Shown here: positions 19,597 to 28,369 of the stretch, in pieces
Position numbering within the stretch: the first letter of the stretch is position 1
Layout: each line of letters opens with the position of its first letter
Source of the DNA: an uncultured virus (IMG/VR IMGVR_UViG_3300017593_000761)
Lineage: Duplodnaviria > Heunggongvirae > Uroviricota > Caudoviricetes
Length of the DNA: 64,000 nt
Direction: 5' to 3' (one strand)
Virus record (IMG/VR): IMGVR_UViG_3300017593_000761
Made by a program: the position numbers and the translations under genes
Notes under the pieces: model-generated
Seen by the model: the letters and a program-made list of their open reading frames with translations, nothing else
Told to the model about the DNA's origin: nothing
Database searches by the model: none

Positions 19597-21172
19597 GATT
19601 GAAGTCATCTGCGATTATTGTGGCAACAAGTTTGAAATTCCAGAAAAGAACTATTTTGAGAAGCTGAGAAAAGGTTATAAGTATTTCTTTTGTTGTTCCA
19701 AGTGCTTATCTCGAGCTCGTGCAGAGAACCTCTTCTCAAAGAAGCCTCCTGAGAACATTCCCGACGAACTTAAAAAACCTAAAGAAATAGAGGTTTCACT
19801 GCTCCCAGAGGACATGCAGGGTCACTGCTACTATTGCTGGAGGAAAATACCAAAATCAAAGATATTTTGCGAAAAGCATGCAACTGAAGAGCATCTTGCG
19901 ATATTTGAAGCTACTCAAGAATTGCCTGTCCATCCCAGAGGTTGGTGGTCATACGAGATTATTAAGGACTGGCTTAGTGGCGAAAAGAAAATACTTCTTC
20001 GTGGACCAGCTGGAATGGGAAAGTCAATACTTGAGGACATAATCGCTTACATGAACCTCACTCTTTTTGATAATTCCTTCACTCTCATAGGTTCAATTTC
20101 AATGCCTATCGCAGTTCAACACATAGACAGAATACGGCAGTGGGTTAATAACTCTCCATTTCGCTCTCTCATCGTTTATGACAGTAAAGAGCAAATAAAA
20201 CTCAAAACGGGTTCAAGAGTATTAGCGATAGCTCAAAACGAGAAGACTCGAGGTGGTTATCATCCAGATTTAATCCTTTTGGATGAGTTAGCCAGAATCA
20301 GACCTTCTGCTTATTATGGCTTATTTTATCAGATGGGTAAATCCAAAGGCGCAACCGAAATAGGAGTTTCGACCCCATTCGGAGCCTCAGGAGTCTTTAT
20401 GTCTCTTTGGTATTCGGGAACAGCGAAGACTCATTCGGTAAGGCTTGAGGATTGTTGGTTTATTACTCCACAAATGATAGAGGATGCAAAGAAAGCTATG
20501 TCTCCTTCATATTTTGATCAGGTATTTAAGGCTGAATTCGTTGCTTCTTCCAATAGGGTCATACCAGATGAGCAACTCTTAAATGCAATTACTGATAGCA
20601 GGTCAAGCTCAAAACGAGACCTTATAATGGGATTGGACTTCGGACGCAAACGAGACCATACTGCACTGGTTGTGCTTGACCAACGAGGCAATGTGATATA
20701 TACAGAGATACTCCCGCTTAATATTAGTTGGAGAGAACAATATAGCATCATTCGAGACCGAGTAAAGAAGTTTGAGCCAATTACAATATATGCAGACCAA
20801 ACAGCAATAGGCGATCCAATACTGGAGGAATTATCAGACCTTCCTATCGAGCCCGTATTAATGTCTAACGATAGACTGAAGAAAAAGGTAATTGATAATT
20901 TGGTATTAAGTTTTGCTTATAACTCTATACGTATCCCTAAGGACGAGCAAGAGTTGATTGACCAACTCAGTGCTTTTGTTTATTTGGATGACAACATGAC
21001 AAAATGCGGTCCCGAAGGTGGAGCGCATGATGACCTTGTTGATGCACTTGCTCTTGCCTCCTTAGGACTTGAACGACATGTGGAATATGAAGAGAATACA
21101 AATAATTGGGGAGCGGTTGGTGGAGAAAAGCCGCTCGATGTGGAACAGAGTCCGTGGCGGATTATCTGGTAG
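19547..21172 (+). CDS. terL: Terminase large subunit with N-terminal Zn-finger motifs
   Basis: GPAGMGKS, LILLDE, VSTP, GLDFGRKRDHTA, HDDLVDALALA. Confidence 0.92.
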   Translation: MKIKNRHRKLRTRGDIKIEVICDYCGNKFEIPEKNYFEKLRKGYKYFFCCSKCLSRARAENLFSKKPPENIPDELKKPKEIEVSLLPEDMQGHCYYCWRKIPKSKIFCEKHATEEHLAIFEATQELPVHPRGWWSYEIIKDWLSGEKKILLRGPAGMGKSILEDIIAYMNLTLFDNSFTLIGSISMPIAVQHIDRIRQWVNNSPFRSLIVYDSKEQIKLKTGSRVLAIAQNEKTRGGYHPDLILLDELARIRPSAYYGLFYQMGKSKGATEIGVSTPFGASGVFMSLWYSGTAKTHSVRLEDCWFITPQMIEDAKKAMSPSYFDQVFKAEFVASSNRVIPDEQLLNAITDSRSSSKRDLIMGLDFGRKRDHTALVVLDQRGNVIYTEILPLNISWREQYSIIRDRVKKFEPITIYADQTAIGDPILEELSDLPIEPVLMSNDRLKKKVIDNLVLSFAYNSIRIPKDEQELIDQLSAFVYLDDNMTKCGPEGGAHDDLVDALALASLGLERHVEYEENTNNWGAVGGEKPLDVEQSPWRIIW

Positions 21173-22151
21173 CTTCACTGATTCGTGGATGGCACATTCC
21201 TCCAAGCAGAAAGATACCAAGTCATTTGAAACTACTTCTCACATGCTAACTGCTGGAGAGCCTTCTGAGGAAGACTGGAACTTATATTTAACAAGTCCCC
21301 CTGCATTTGCAGCGGTTGAAGCTATAACCTTTGCTGTCCTTTCGCCTGGATTTGAAATCCAAAGCGATAGTGAGCAAGTAGCAGAACGATATACAAGACG
21401 GTTTGACAAAGTGTATCCTAAGTTGTATTCGGTATTGAGAAACGCCTTAGTGTTTGGAGATAGCTTTGCAAAGATTATATTCGGACGGGATGGTAAATTC
21501 ACAGACATTGAAGTATTATTTCCACTCAACATAAGAATTCAGAATGGTGATTACTTCCTATATGAGCTTGGGAAGTTCACTCGCTTAAAGAACATTTGGC
21601 AGTTCCAAGCAATGTCTCGTTCGGATTCACCTTACGGCATCTCTCTTATAGGCATAGCTCGACAGCCGCTTAAATGGAAGAAAGAAATAGACGAGAGTGT
21701 TCACGAAGGTATTATAAGACATGGATTTGCTAAATATCACATACAATGCGCTCCAGACAATAGGGGTTTATATCCAGATGACGCAAAGCTTCGAGAATTA
21801 GAGCGAGAATTCCGTAAGATTCATGTAGGACACGAGTTCGTTTCCACAGACAAGGTTAAGATAACTCCAATAGATACTTCGGGTTTCCCAGCCCTCTTAG
21901 AGTATTTGCAATACTACACAAGCCTTGCTGCAACTGGCTTGATGGTTCCTGCTGAGACACTTGGGCAAGGTATAGCAACCTCACAATATGCTACCGCCAA
22001 AGTGAGAATGGAGTTCTTCCTAAAGAATACCATACCTTACTTCCAGAGAGTCCTTGAATGTTCAATTAACGATAACCTCATGGGCGAGAAGGCTGAGGGC
22101 GCTATATTTAAACTGAAAGAGCCAAAAGAAATATCTTATAAAACAGGATGA
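21069..22151 (+). CDS. Portal protein (true start probably 21138 or 21189)
   Basis: Follows TerL; NALVFGDSF, SPYGISLI, VPAETLG, IPYFQRVLECSIN are portal-like. Confidence 0.8.
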   Translation: MNDMWNMKRIQIIGERLVEKSRSMWNRVRGGLSGSFTDSWMAHSSKQKDTKSFETTSHMLTAGEPSEEDWNLYLTSPPAFAAVEAITFAVLSPGFEIQSDSEQVAERYTRRFDKVYPKLYSVLRNALVFGDSFAKIIFGRDGKFTDIEVLFPLNIRIQNGDYFLYELGKFTRLKNIWQFQAMSRSDSPYGISLIGIARQPLKWKKEIDESVHEGIIRHGFAKYHIQCAPDNRGLYPDDAKLRELEREFRKIHVGHEFVSTDKVKITPIDTSGFPALLEYLQYYTSLAATGLMVPAETLGQGIATSQYATAKVRMEFFLKNTIPYFQRVLECSINDNLMGEKAEGAIFKLKEPKEISYKTG

Positions 22152-22579
22152 AACACGATGCATTCGTTCCACTTGGAAGGGAGAAGAAGGACATCTTCCA
22201 TGATAGGATTTTAGTTGAGAGTGGGGACCTTCTCTACGACTCAACTTCTCAAGGCATTCCGATTTATATACCTCCCACTGTCCTGAAGAATGCTCACGTT
22301 CCCAAGAGGCTCCCTTTTCAGATTTATCATAATGGTAAAGAGGTTGGAGAAGTTAAAAATGTTCATTGGGACGGCAAAGCGCTTCGTGGTGACATTATTG
22401 TTTATCCTCGATATAACAAGGAAGTCCTTCAAGAACTTATGAAGGGTAATCATGGATTGTCTGTGCGTTTCTCTTCGTTAGATGAGGACTTTAAAACCTA
22501 TACTCTCATTCGTGATATTTCGCTGGAGCATGTGGCGTTAGTCCCGACTCCAGCTTCACCATCTGCACAATTGGCGTGA
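22148..22579 (+). CDS. Prohead protease 1
   Basis: YH..VGEV, GLSVRF, LEHVALVPTPA; lies between portal and capsid. Confidence 0.75.
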   Translation: MKHDAFVPLGREKKDIFHDRILVESGDLLYDSTSQGIPIYIPPTVLKNAHVPKRLPFQIYHNGKEVGEVKNVHWDGKALRGDIIVYPRYNKEVLQELMKGNHGLSVRFSSLDEDFKTYTLIRDISLEHVALVPTPASPSAQLA

Positions 22580-22611
22580 AGATTTCTACGAAAAGAATAA
22601 GGAGATAGAAA

Positions 22612-23451
22612 ATGGGTGAATTGGCAAATTGTCTGCGTAAGTGTGCTGAAGCACGAACTCACGAACTCGCTGTGTCTGAAGATTTGCAACGATTGATACA
22701 GAAAGCCTATTATGACGCCGTAGTAAAAGGTGCTAAACGAAAGGAATTGTTCCGACGGATATTGCCCGTAGTGAAGGTCAATTCCTATCGGATGAAGATT
22801 ATCACTTCTGATGCAGATGGTTATGCTTCTAAGAAAGCACACAAAGCAGAAGTTCCGTTTATGCATCCAAAGTATACAAGCAGTGATGTAACAATAGAGC
22901 GGGTTTGGACTGTTCCTCTTGCACCTAAGGAATTAATTGAAGACGGTGAGTTTGATGTTATCGAAAACGAGGTGAGGATTGCGGGTGAACAATTAGAAAA
23001 CTCTCTCAACCGAGATGCACTCAGCACAATAATAGATAATGCTGGAAATGAAGTAACAGCTGCCGCAGATTTCTCTGATGTTCTTACGAAAACTGCGGAA
23101 GCATTAGCTAATGTTGGAGATGCAGATTTTGTTCCCACGCATATTATAGCTTGTCCAACATTTTACTTCTCTTTCATGCAAAAGACACGACAGCCATTCA
23201 TCAGAGGGTTAGATTTGAGATTGCTTTCCATTACCTCTAATGGCACGAAGACTTGGGGCTGGGGTGCTTCTGGAGATGTTGGAGCCGTAGTGTTAGATGC
23301 TTCGACAGCTGCACTGATATTGATGCGAGACGATATTACAGTGAGAAAGTATTCCGATCCTCTTGGAGATTTAAGAGGCGCAATAGTTAGTATGAAATAT
23401 AAGGTAGCTATTCGTAAGCCCAAAGCTATTTGTATAATTAAACATGCATAA
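22612..23451 (+). CDS. HK97-fold capsid protein 1
   Basis: ELIEDGEFDVIE..AGEQLEN, DDITVRKYSDPL, RKPKAIC; paralog of 39405..40391. Confidence 0.8.
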   Translation: MGELANCLRKCAEARTHELAVSEDLQRLIQKAYYDAVVKGAKRKELFRRILPVVKVNSYRMKIITSDADGYASKKAHKAEVPFMHPKYTSSDVTIERVWTVPLAPKELIEDGEFDVIENEVRIAGEQLENSLNRDALSTIIDNAGNEVTAAADFSDVLTKTAEALANVGDADFVPTHIIACPTFYFSFMQKTRQPFIRGLDLRLLSITSNGTKTWGWGASGDVGAVVLDASTAALILMRDDITVRKYSDPLGDLRGAIVSMKYKVAIRKPKAICIIKHA

Positions 23452-25865
23452 TGTCTTTAAAGGTAACTTTTCTTGGAGTAAATGCAGAAGCGAAGGGACA
23501 CTCGTGTATATTGCTTGAGTCCCCTAAGGCAAGAGTTCTTATTGAACCAACTCAACGTGTCCCTAATATAGATGCAGTTATCGTAACGGATATAGATAGA
23601 GACGAATATACCGAATGGAGATATTATGCTGAACAAGGTATCCCAATATATTCAGTAGCTGCAATTAAACGATGGGCTGAAGATATTGAGCTAAGAGAAC
23701 ATATTGATGTAATAGGTCACGAATTCTCAATAAAAGGTCTTCGCTTCCTTTGGTTAAAAGCTAATGTCGCTCCACACGAGCCAGCAGGTGGTGTCCGTAT
23801 TCCAGCTTATAATGTTGATATTGTCCCTGAGTTGCCACCGTATATTCCCCAAGCATTAATAAAGGCATTCGGGTTACCACCTTCCCATATTATTGTTGGA
23901 ATAGGCTCATACAAAAAGTCAGACCACAAAATATCATTTGAAGATTTCCTTATACAACTCGAAAAGACTCGAAGTGGCAAAGAGAAAGGTCTTTTGTCTC
24001 TTACTCTCACAAACTTCAGGAAGGACTTGAAAGAACATAAGAGCGAAGTCCTTAGGCGACTTAAAGAACGATGGGACATTCCTATCTTTTGGGCAGAAAA
24101 AGGCATGACGCTTGAATTCTCAAAGGATGGACAGGTCGAGCGAATAGACGGAACCTCTAATGAGTTAGAGAAGCTTCATCTCAAAGAGTTCCTCTCAAAG
24201 GGGATAGACTATGACATTAAACACGTTAAAACAAGATGGAAGGAGTGCATAGCGGACCTGAGGTATATAAGCAATGCCGGGATACCTCGCTTAAAAGCAG
24301 GCAAGAAGTGGGGTGAATGGACTCTTGATGCTTGCTATAAATACTTTGCAGCTTTAGTGGATGCTCTCCGTAGTGTTTATTTTGCCCTCGTTCCTCCTAC
24401 TCAGCCTAAACTTTACAAATTAGAACATCCAGATAAAGACCCGAAAGAAGCACTCAAGACTTCCTTTTGGCAAACTTACCTTAAAGCTGAAAAATACATG
24501 AAGTCGAAACCTCCTAAAGATGAAAAGGAACTGAAAGAGTGGAACAAGAAACGAGCAACGATAATAAGCACATCTGAGAAGAAAAGTGTGAAGGTCGGAT
24601 ACCTTAGTAAGGCAAAACCATATTTACGATTCTTCCTTCCTACCATCCACGAGGATATTGCAAGTGTAGGATGGGACGAAAAGAAACTCCTCATTGATGT
24701 CAAAGCTGATGGTTTGCGTGTTACATTATGGAAGTCCAATGGCAAGGGATACGTGTTCGTAGACCCAGAAGAACTCAAGCATAAATCTCCTTTGATAAAC
24801 AAATACTTGCCTCAGATAGTAAAGGAAATTGAGGAGAGCCTCCCAGACAATACTGCTTTAGATGGAGAGCTGTATGCGGCTAAAGGCAAGGAAGCTCTTC
24901 ACAGAACTGTCATTAACGGAATTATAAACACCAAGCTTCCTCCCGAAAGATTCACTCCTTATGCTTACGTATTCGTTTTCGACGTGCTCGTTTATAAAGG
25001 CACAGACGTTCGGGATAAACCTCTTGAAGAAAGACTGAAATTACTCCAGACACTAAAATCCACTCCTCATATAAAGATAGAGAAACCATCCAAAGTCGTA
25101 GTCCCCGGCTACTCGGGATACATAGTTGATGGAAACAATAAGAGTGCAATAGACAAGGCTATTCACTTGATTGAAACTTCAAAGCATGGTTTACACAAGG
25201 GATTGCAAGAGGGTGTCATGATTAAAACGTTAGACCATCCTTATGAATATCCAACGAATAAGGGAGCAGCCAAAACTAAGTTTTGGCACGAAGTAGATAC
25301 TGTAGTGTTAGGCAAAAAGTTAGTAAAAGGACAGACTGACGTCTGGAATTATCATTTAGGCATCGAGATACCAGCCGAATACGCTAAGATGATGCTCGAT
25401 GATACCAATGCTTATAAACGAGTGCGATGTCTCTATAATGGTCATCTCTATAAAAAGAAGGAATGTTTGGATTATCTGGATAGAAAAGGTGCTCGGTTCT
25501 TCATGGAGTATGGAAAGTCTGATAATACTAAAATTAAGTGTGATGTAGGAGATGTCCTTCGAGTATCGTCTGAGGAAGTCCTGTATAACGAAAATGAAAC
25601 GCATCCTGAATTCCCGTATTACACGGGTTATATCAATAGAGCGATGGAGCCAGTTCCTGAACGAAAGACGTCGGACTCTTTAGTGGTATTACACAGGCTT
25701 TCTCTTCTTGAACCCAAACGTATTCCCTTAGAAGTATTAGCAAAGTGGAAGGAAGGAATTCCATCTGAGCTCACCAAATACCATGAGTATATCAAGTCCC
25801 TTCCTACTTCAAGATTAATTCAATTTTATAACGCATTAAGAAAAGTTCAAAATGGAAGCAATTAA
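23451..25865 (+). CDS. Degenerate metallo-beta-lactamase-fold domain fused to ATP-dependent DNA ligase
   Basis: N-terminal KVTFLG..SCILLE..IDAVIVT; ligase motifs KADG, LDGELY, FVFDVL, EGVMIK, KTK. Confidence 0.85.
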   Translation: MSLKVTFLGVNAEAKGHSCILLESPKARVLIEPTQRVPNIDAVIVTDIDRDEYTEWRYYAEQGIPIYSVAAIKRWAEDIELREHIDVIGHEFSIKGLRFLWLKANVAPHEPAGGVRIPAYNVDIVPELPPYIPQALIKAFGLPPSHIIVGIGSYKKSDHKISFEDFLIQLEKTRSGKEKGLLSLTLTNFRKDLKEHKSEVLRRLKERWDIPIFWAEKGMTLEFSKDGQVERIDGTSNELEKLHLKEFLSKGIDYDIKHVKTRWKECIADLRYISNAGIPRLKAGKKWGEWTLDACYKYFAALVDALRSVYFALVPPTQPKLYKLEHPDKDPKEALKTSFWQTYLKAEKYMKSKPPKDEKELKEWNKKRATIISTSEKKSVKVGYLSKAKPYLRFFLPTIHEDIASVGWDEKKLLIDVKADGLRVTLWKSNGKGYVFVDPEELKHKSPLINKYLPQIVKEIEESLPDNTALDGELYAAKGKEALHRTVINGIINTKLPPERFTPYAYVFVFDVLVYKGTDVRDKPLEERLKLLQTLKSTPHIKIEKPSKVVVPGYSGYIVDGNNKSAIDKAIHLIETSKHGLHKGLQEGVMIKTLDHPYEYPTNKGAAKTKFWHEVDTVVLGKKLVKGQTDVWNYHLGIEIPAEYAKMMLDDTNAYKRVRCLYNGHLYKKKECLDYLDRKGARFFMEYGKSDNTKIKCDVGDVLRVSSEEVLYNENETHPEFPYYTGYINRAMEPVPERKTSDSLVVLHRLSLLEPKRIPLEVLAKWKEGIPSELTKYHEYIKSLPTSRLIQFYNALRKVQNGSN

Positions 25866-27891
25866 GGCGCATGATTTAGAAGTATTGAAAGAGCTTGTGG
25901 AATCCGAACTCAATTATCGCCATGCCAAAGCATTACATATCCCAGATAGAGGAATGTATCTTCCATCTCTCCATGCCAGACTGATATTCAATAAGCACAA
26001 GACAGTTATACTCAAGGATAGGAAGTTCAATATTGTAGGTGTGCCATTCCTTTATTGCGATAAAGACTATGCCTATGGGGTAATAGAACTTGGTGAGCCA
26101 AAAGAGATTAAGAATGAAGGACAATTTAAAGCAACTCAAAAGTATCATAGAGTAACCGAAGAAGAATTCAAGCGATGGCACTGGGGCTTCCCGCTTTATG
26201 CGTTTCCCATTAAGATGATTCATAATTTCAAAGAGCCGATACGTATAAACCTTCCGACGGGTGTGCAGAACTTCTTTAAGAACCCAATACAATATTTAGA
26301 AATTGGTGAGTATCCTTTTACAGTGAAACATAATTTGTCTTTGCCATATCCACTTGAAATAACCTGCTCAAACTGCGGTAACTGGATATATGTCCCTCAC
26401 GCTCCAATGCCGTCTCAATGTCCTCATTGTGATGCTCTTCTTATAGAAACTGAAGAGATGAAATCACGCATGGTCCCTCTTCCTAAAGAGGAATACGAAC
26501 GAATATACAAGGACTATCCCAAGAGACCTCTTCCAAAGAAGTATTACAAAGACCAGCGAAGTGGAGTTGCATGGTGCTTCTCTTCACCCAATACCCCGAT
26601 ATTGACTGAAGAGGGTTGGAAGCCCTGGCATAAAATCCAAGTGGGTGATAAAGTCCTTACTCATCTCGGAAGATACAAACGAGTAACACGCAAAGACGTA
26701 TTTGAGAATGTGCTTAGGTGGGTGAGAGTTGAATTCCAGTTTGATACACTTAAAAACCTTAAATTCCATGCAAGAGTAACTGAAAATCATCCATTCCTCA
26801 CGTCGGAAGGTTGGAAAGAAGCCAAAGACCTTAAAGTTGGTGATAAAGTCCTCTCGAAAACACCTAAACGATGTCTCAATTGTAGAGCTCCTCTTCCTTT
26901 GTCTTGGACAGAAAAGACAGACTTCCTCTTTTGTAGCGATAAATGCTATCAAGAATACAAATGGACAGAGGAAAGTTTGGACACTTCCTATATTGATAAA
27001 CAGGTGTATGATAATCCCTTCGTGGATATTCTCACAACAGTCATTAAGGTAGAGCCAGTTGAGTATCCTAAGGATAAGTTCTATTTGGCTACTCGTGCTT
27101 ATTCAATAGAAGTTGAGGATGACCATTCCTATATGACGCCACTTGCATTCTCTCACAATTCTCAGTGGCACATAAGAGGGATTGAACCTGAAGATAAGGA
27201 AGCATTCGATAAAGGCGAGATAACATTCGAGGAAATGATACTTCATCACAGCTTACACCAAGATTTAAGATGGAAGCTAAATGGCATTTCCACCCTCCCT
27301 CAGTGCACAATAACAGAAAGCGATATGGAGTCTTACGTGAGAGGAATGCTTGGACAGCTCAACCCCGAACAGAAGGGACCAGCCAATGTTCAGAAGGTCA
27401 AGGTTATTCCTAAAGTTGAGATTGCCAAACCTACGATGCCTAAGTCAAAAATTAAGGAGTTTCTTATAGACGAGAAGGGAGCTAAACTTATTAATAAGAT
27501 AATAATTCACGAGACCTCTTACTTCCTTGAACCTGGGGCTGTCGGATCCTTACAATACTCGTGGGCTTATATGGGAACTATATGGACAGGAAGAGTGGAG
27601 ACTGCGACGGAGCGTTTTGATTATCATGAAATCTTCTTTTATCCTGATAAAGACCTTCCTGAGCCTAATAGGAAATTCTTTGATGGACGATTCATATTGA
27701 GAGCCTTTAAGGGCGAAGCAGCTCGTGGTGGGAAAACATGGTGGATGTGGAAGTCCACAAAGAATCCATATCCGCAAAACCCGTGGTGCTATTGTGATCA
27801 AGGTGAGCATGAAGTCCTTCCACTTGACGAGATAAAACACTGGGGTCACGAAGATTATCCTGAGTGGGAAGAAAGAAAAGATGAATGCTAA
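25852..27891 (+). CDS. ASCH-like + Zn ribbon + intein-interrupted LigD-type 3'-phosphoesterase-like protein
   Basis: ASCH-like N-terminus; CSNC/CPHC; after splicing AW-SQWH..LHQDLRW..IWTG..DGRFILR resembles the LigD PE domain. Confidence 0.65.
   Translation: MEAIKAHDLEVLKELVESELNYRHAKALHIPDRGMYLPSLHARLIFNKHKTVILKDRKFNIVGVPFLYCDKDYAYGVIELGEPKEIKNEGQFKATQKYHRVTEEEFKRWHWGFPLYAFPIKMIHNFKEPIRINLPTGVQNFFKNPIQYLEIGEYPFTVKHNLSLPYPLEITCSNCGNWIYVPHAPMPSQCPHCDALLIETEEMKSRMVPLPKEEYERIYKDYPKRPLPKKYYKDQRSGVAWCFSSPNTPILTEEGWKPWHKIQVGDKVLTHLGRYKRVTRKDVFENVLRWVRVEFQFDTLKNLKFHARVTENHPFLTSEGWKEAKDLKVGDKVLSKTPKRCLNCRAPLPLSWTEKTDFLFCSDKCYQEYKWTEESLDTSYIDKQVYDNPFVDILTTVIKVEPVEYPKDKFYLATRAYSIEVEDDHSYMTPLAFSHNSQWHIRGIEPEDKEAFDKGEITFEEMILHHSLHQDLRWKLNGISTLPQCTITESDMESYVRGMLGQLNPEQKGPANVQKVKVIPKVEIAKPTMPKSKIKEFLIDEKGAKLINKIIIHETSYFLEPGAVGSLQYSWAYMGTIWTGRVETATERFDYHEIFFYPDKDLPEPNRKFFDGRFILRAFKGEAARGGKTWWMWKSTKNPYPQNPWCYCDQGEHEVLPLDEIKHWGHEDYPEWEERKDEC
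26575..27159 (+). mobile_element. Intein (195 aa) with no recognisable homing endonuclease
   Basis: Begins CFSSPNTPILTEEGWK, contains VTENHPFLT and YSIEVEDDHSY, ends SHN followed by Ser. Confidence 0.92.
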
Positions 27892-27919
27892 CTCTTCATT
27901 AAACTAATAGGAGAATAAA

Positions 27920-28369
27920 ATGGAATCCAAAATTACATTAGCAGATGTTAAGAAAATCTTAACGGATAAGACTGTTTCCTATACTTTAGACCATTTAGAC
28001 CATAAGGAATTCGGATTAGACGTATGGCACATTACGGCACTGGAGGATACCGGCAATGACTCACTAAGGAAGCGCAATTACAGAGTGTTCTCTCAGGGTG
28101 TAGATGATAGTTCTCCTGCATGGTGGGATGACCTGATGAAGCCAGTACTTAGTCAGCCTTCTCCACCTCCTTCATCAACCTTTACTAACGAATTACGAGA
28201 TGCAATTAAAGAGATGATTACCAATGAAAAGATTGAGTTTGCGGAAATTCTTTCAGTAGACGAGCAGAATAATCGTGCAAGACTAAAAGTAGTTACGTCT
28301 CAGTATGCAGAGAAGCAGATGTTAGTTAAGAAGACAGACAGTGGATTTGAAACTCAGGATATTGGATAA
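27920..28369 (+). CDS. Hypothetical protein
   Basis: AGGAG RBS; 149 aa. Confidence 0.7.
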   Translation: MESKITLADVKKILTDKTVSYTLDHLDHKEFGLDVWHITALEDTGNDSLRKRNYRVFSQGVDDSSPAWWDDLMKPVLSQPSPPPSSTFTNELRDAIKEMITNEKIEFAEILSVDEQNNRARLKVVTSQYAEKQMLVKKTDSGFETQDIG

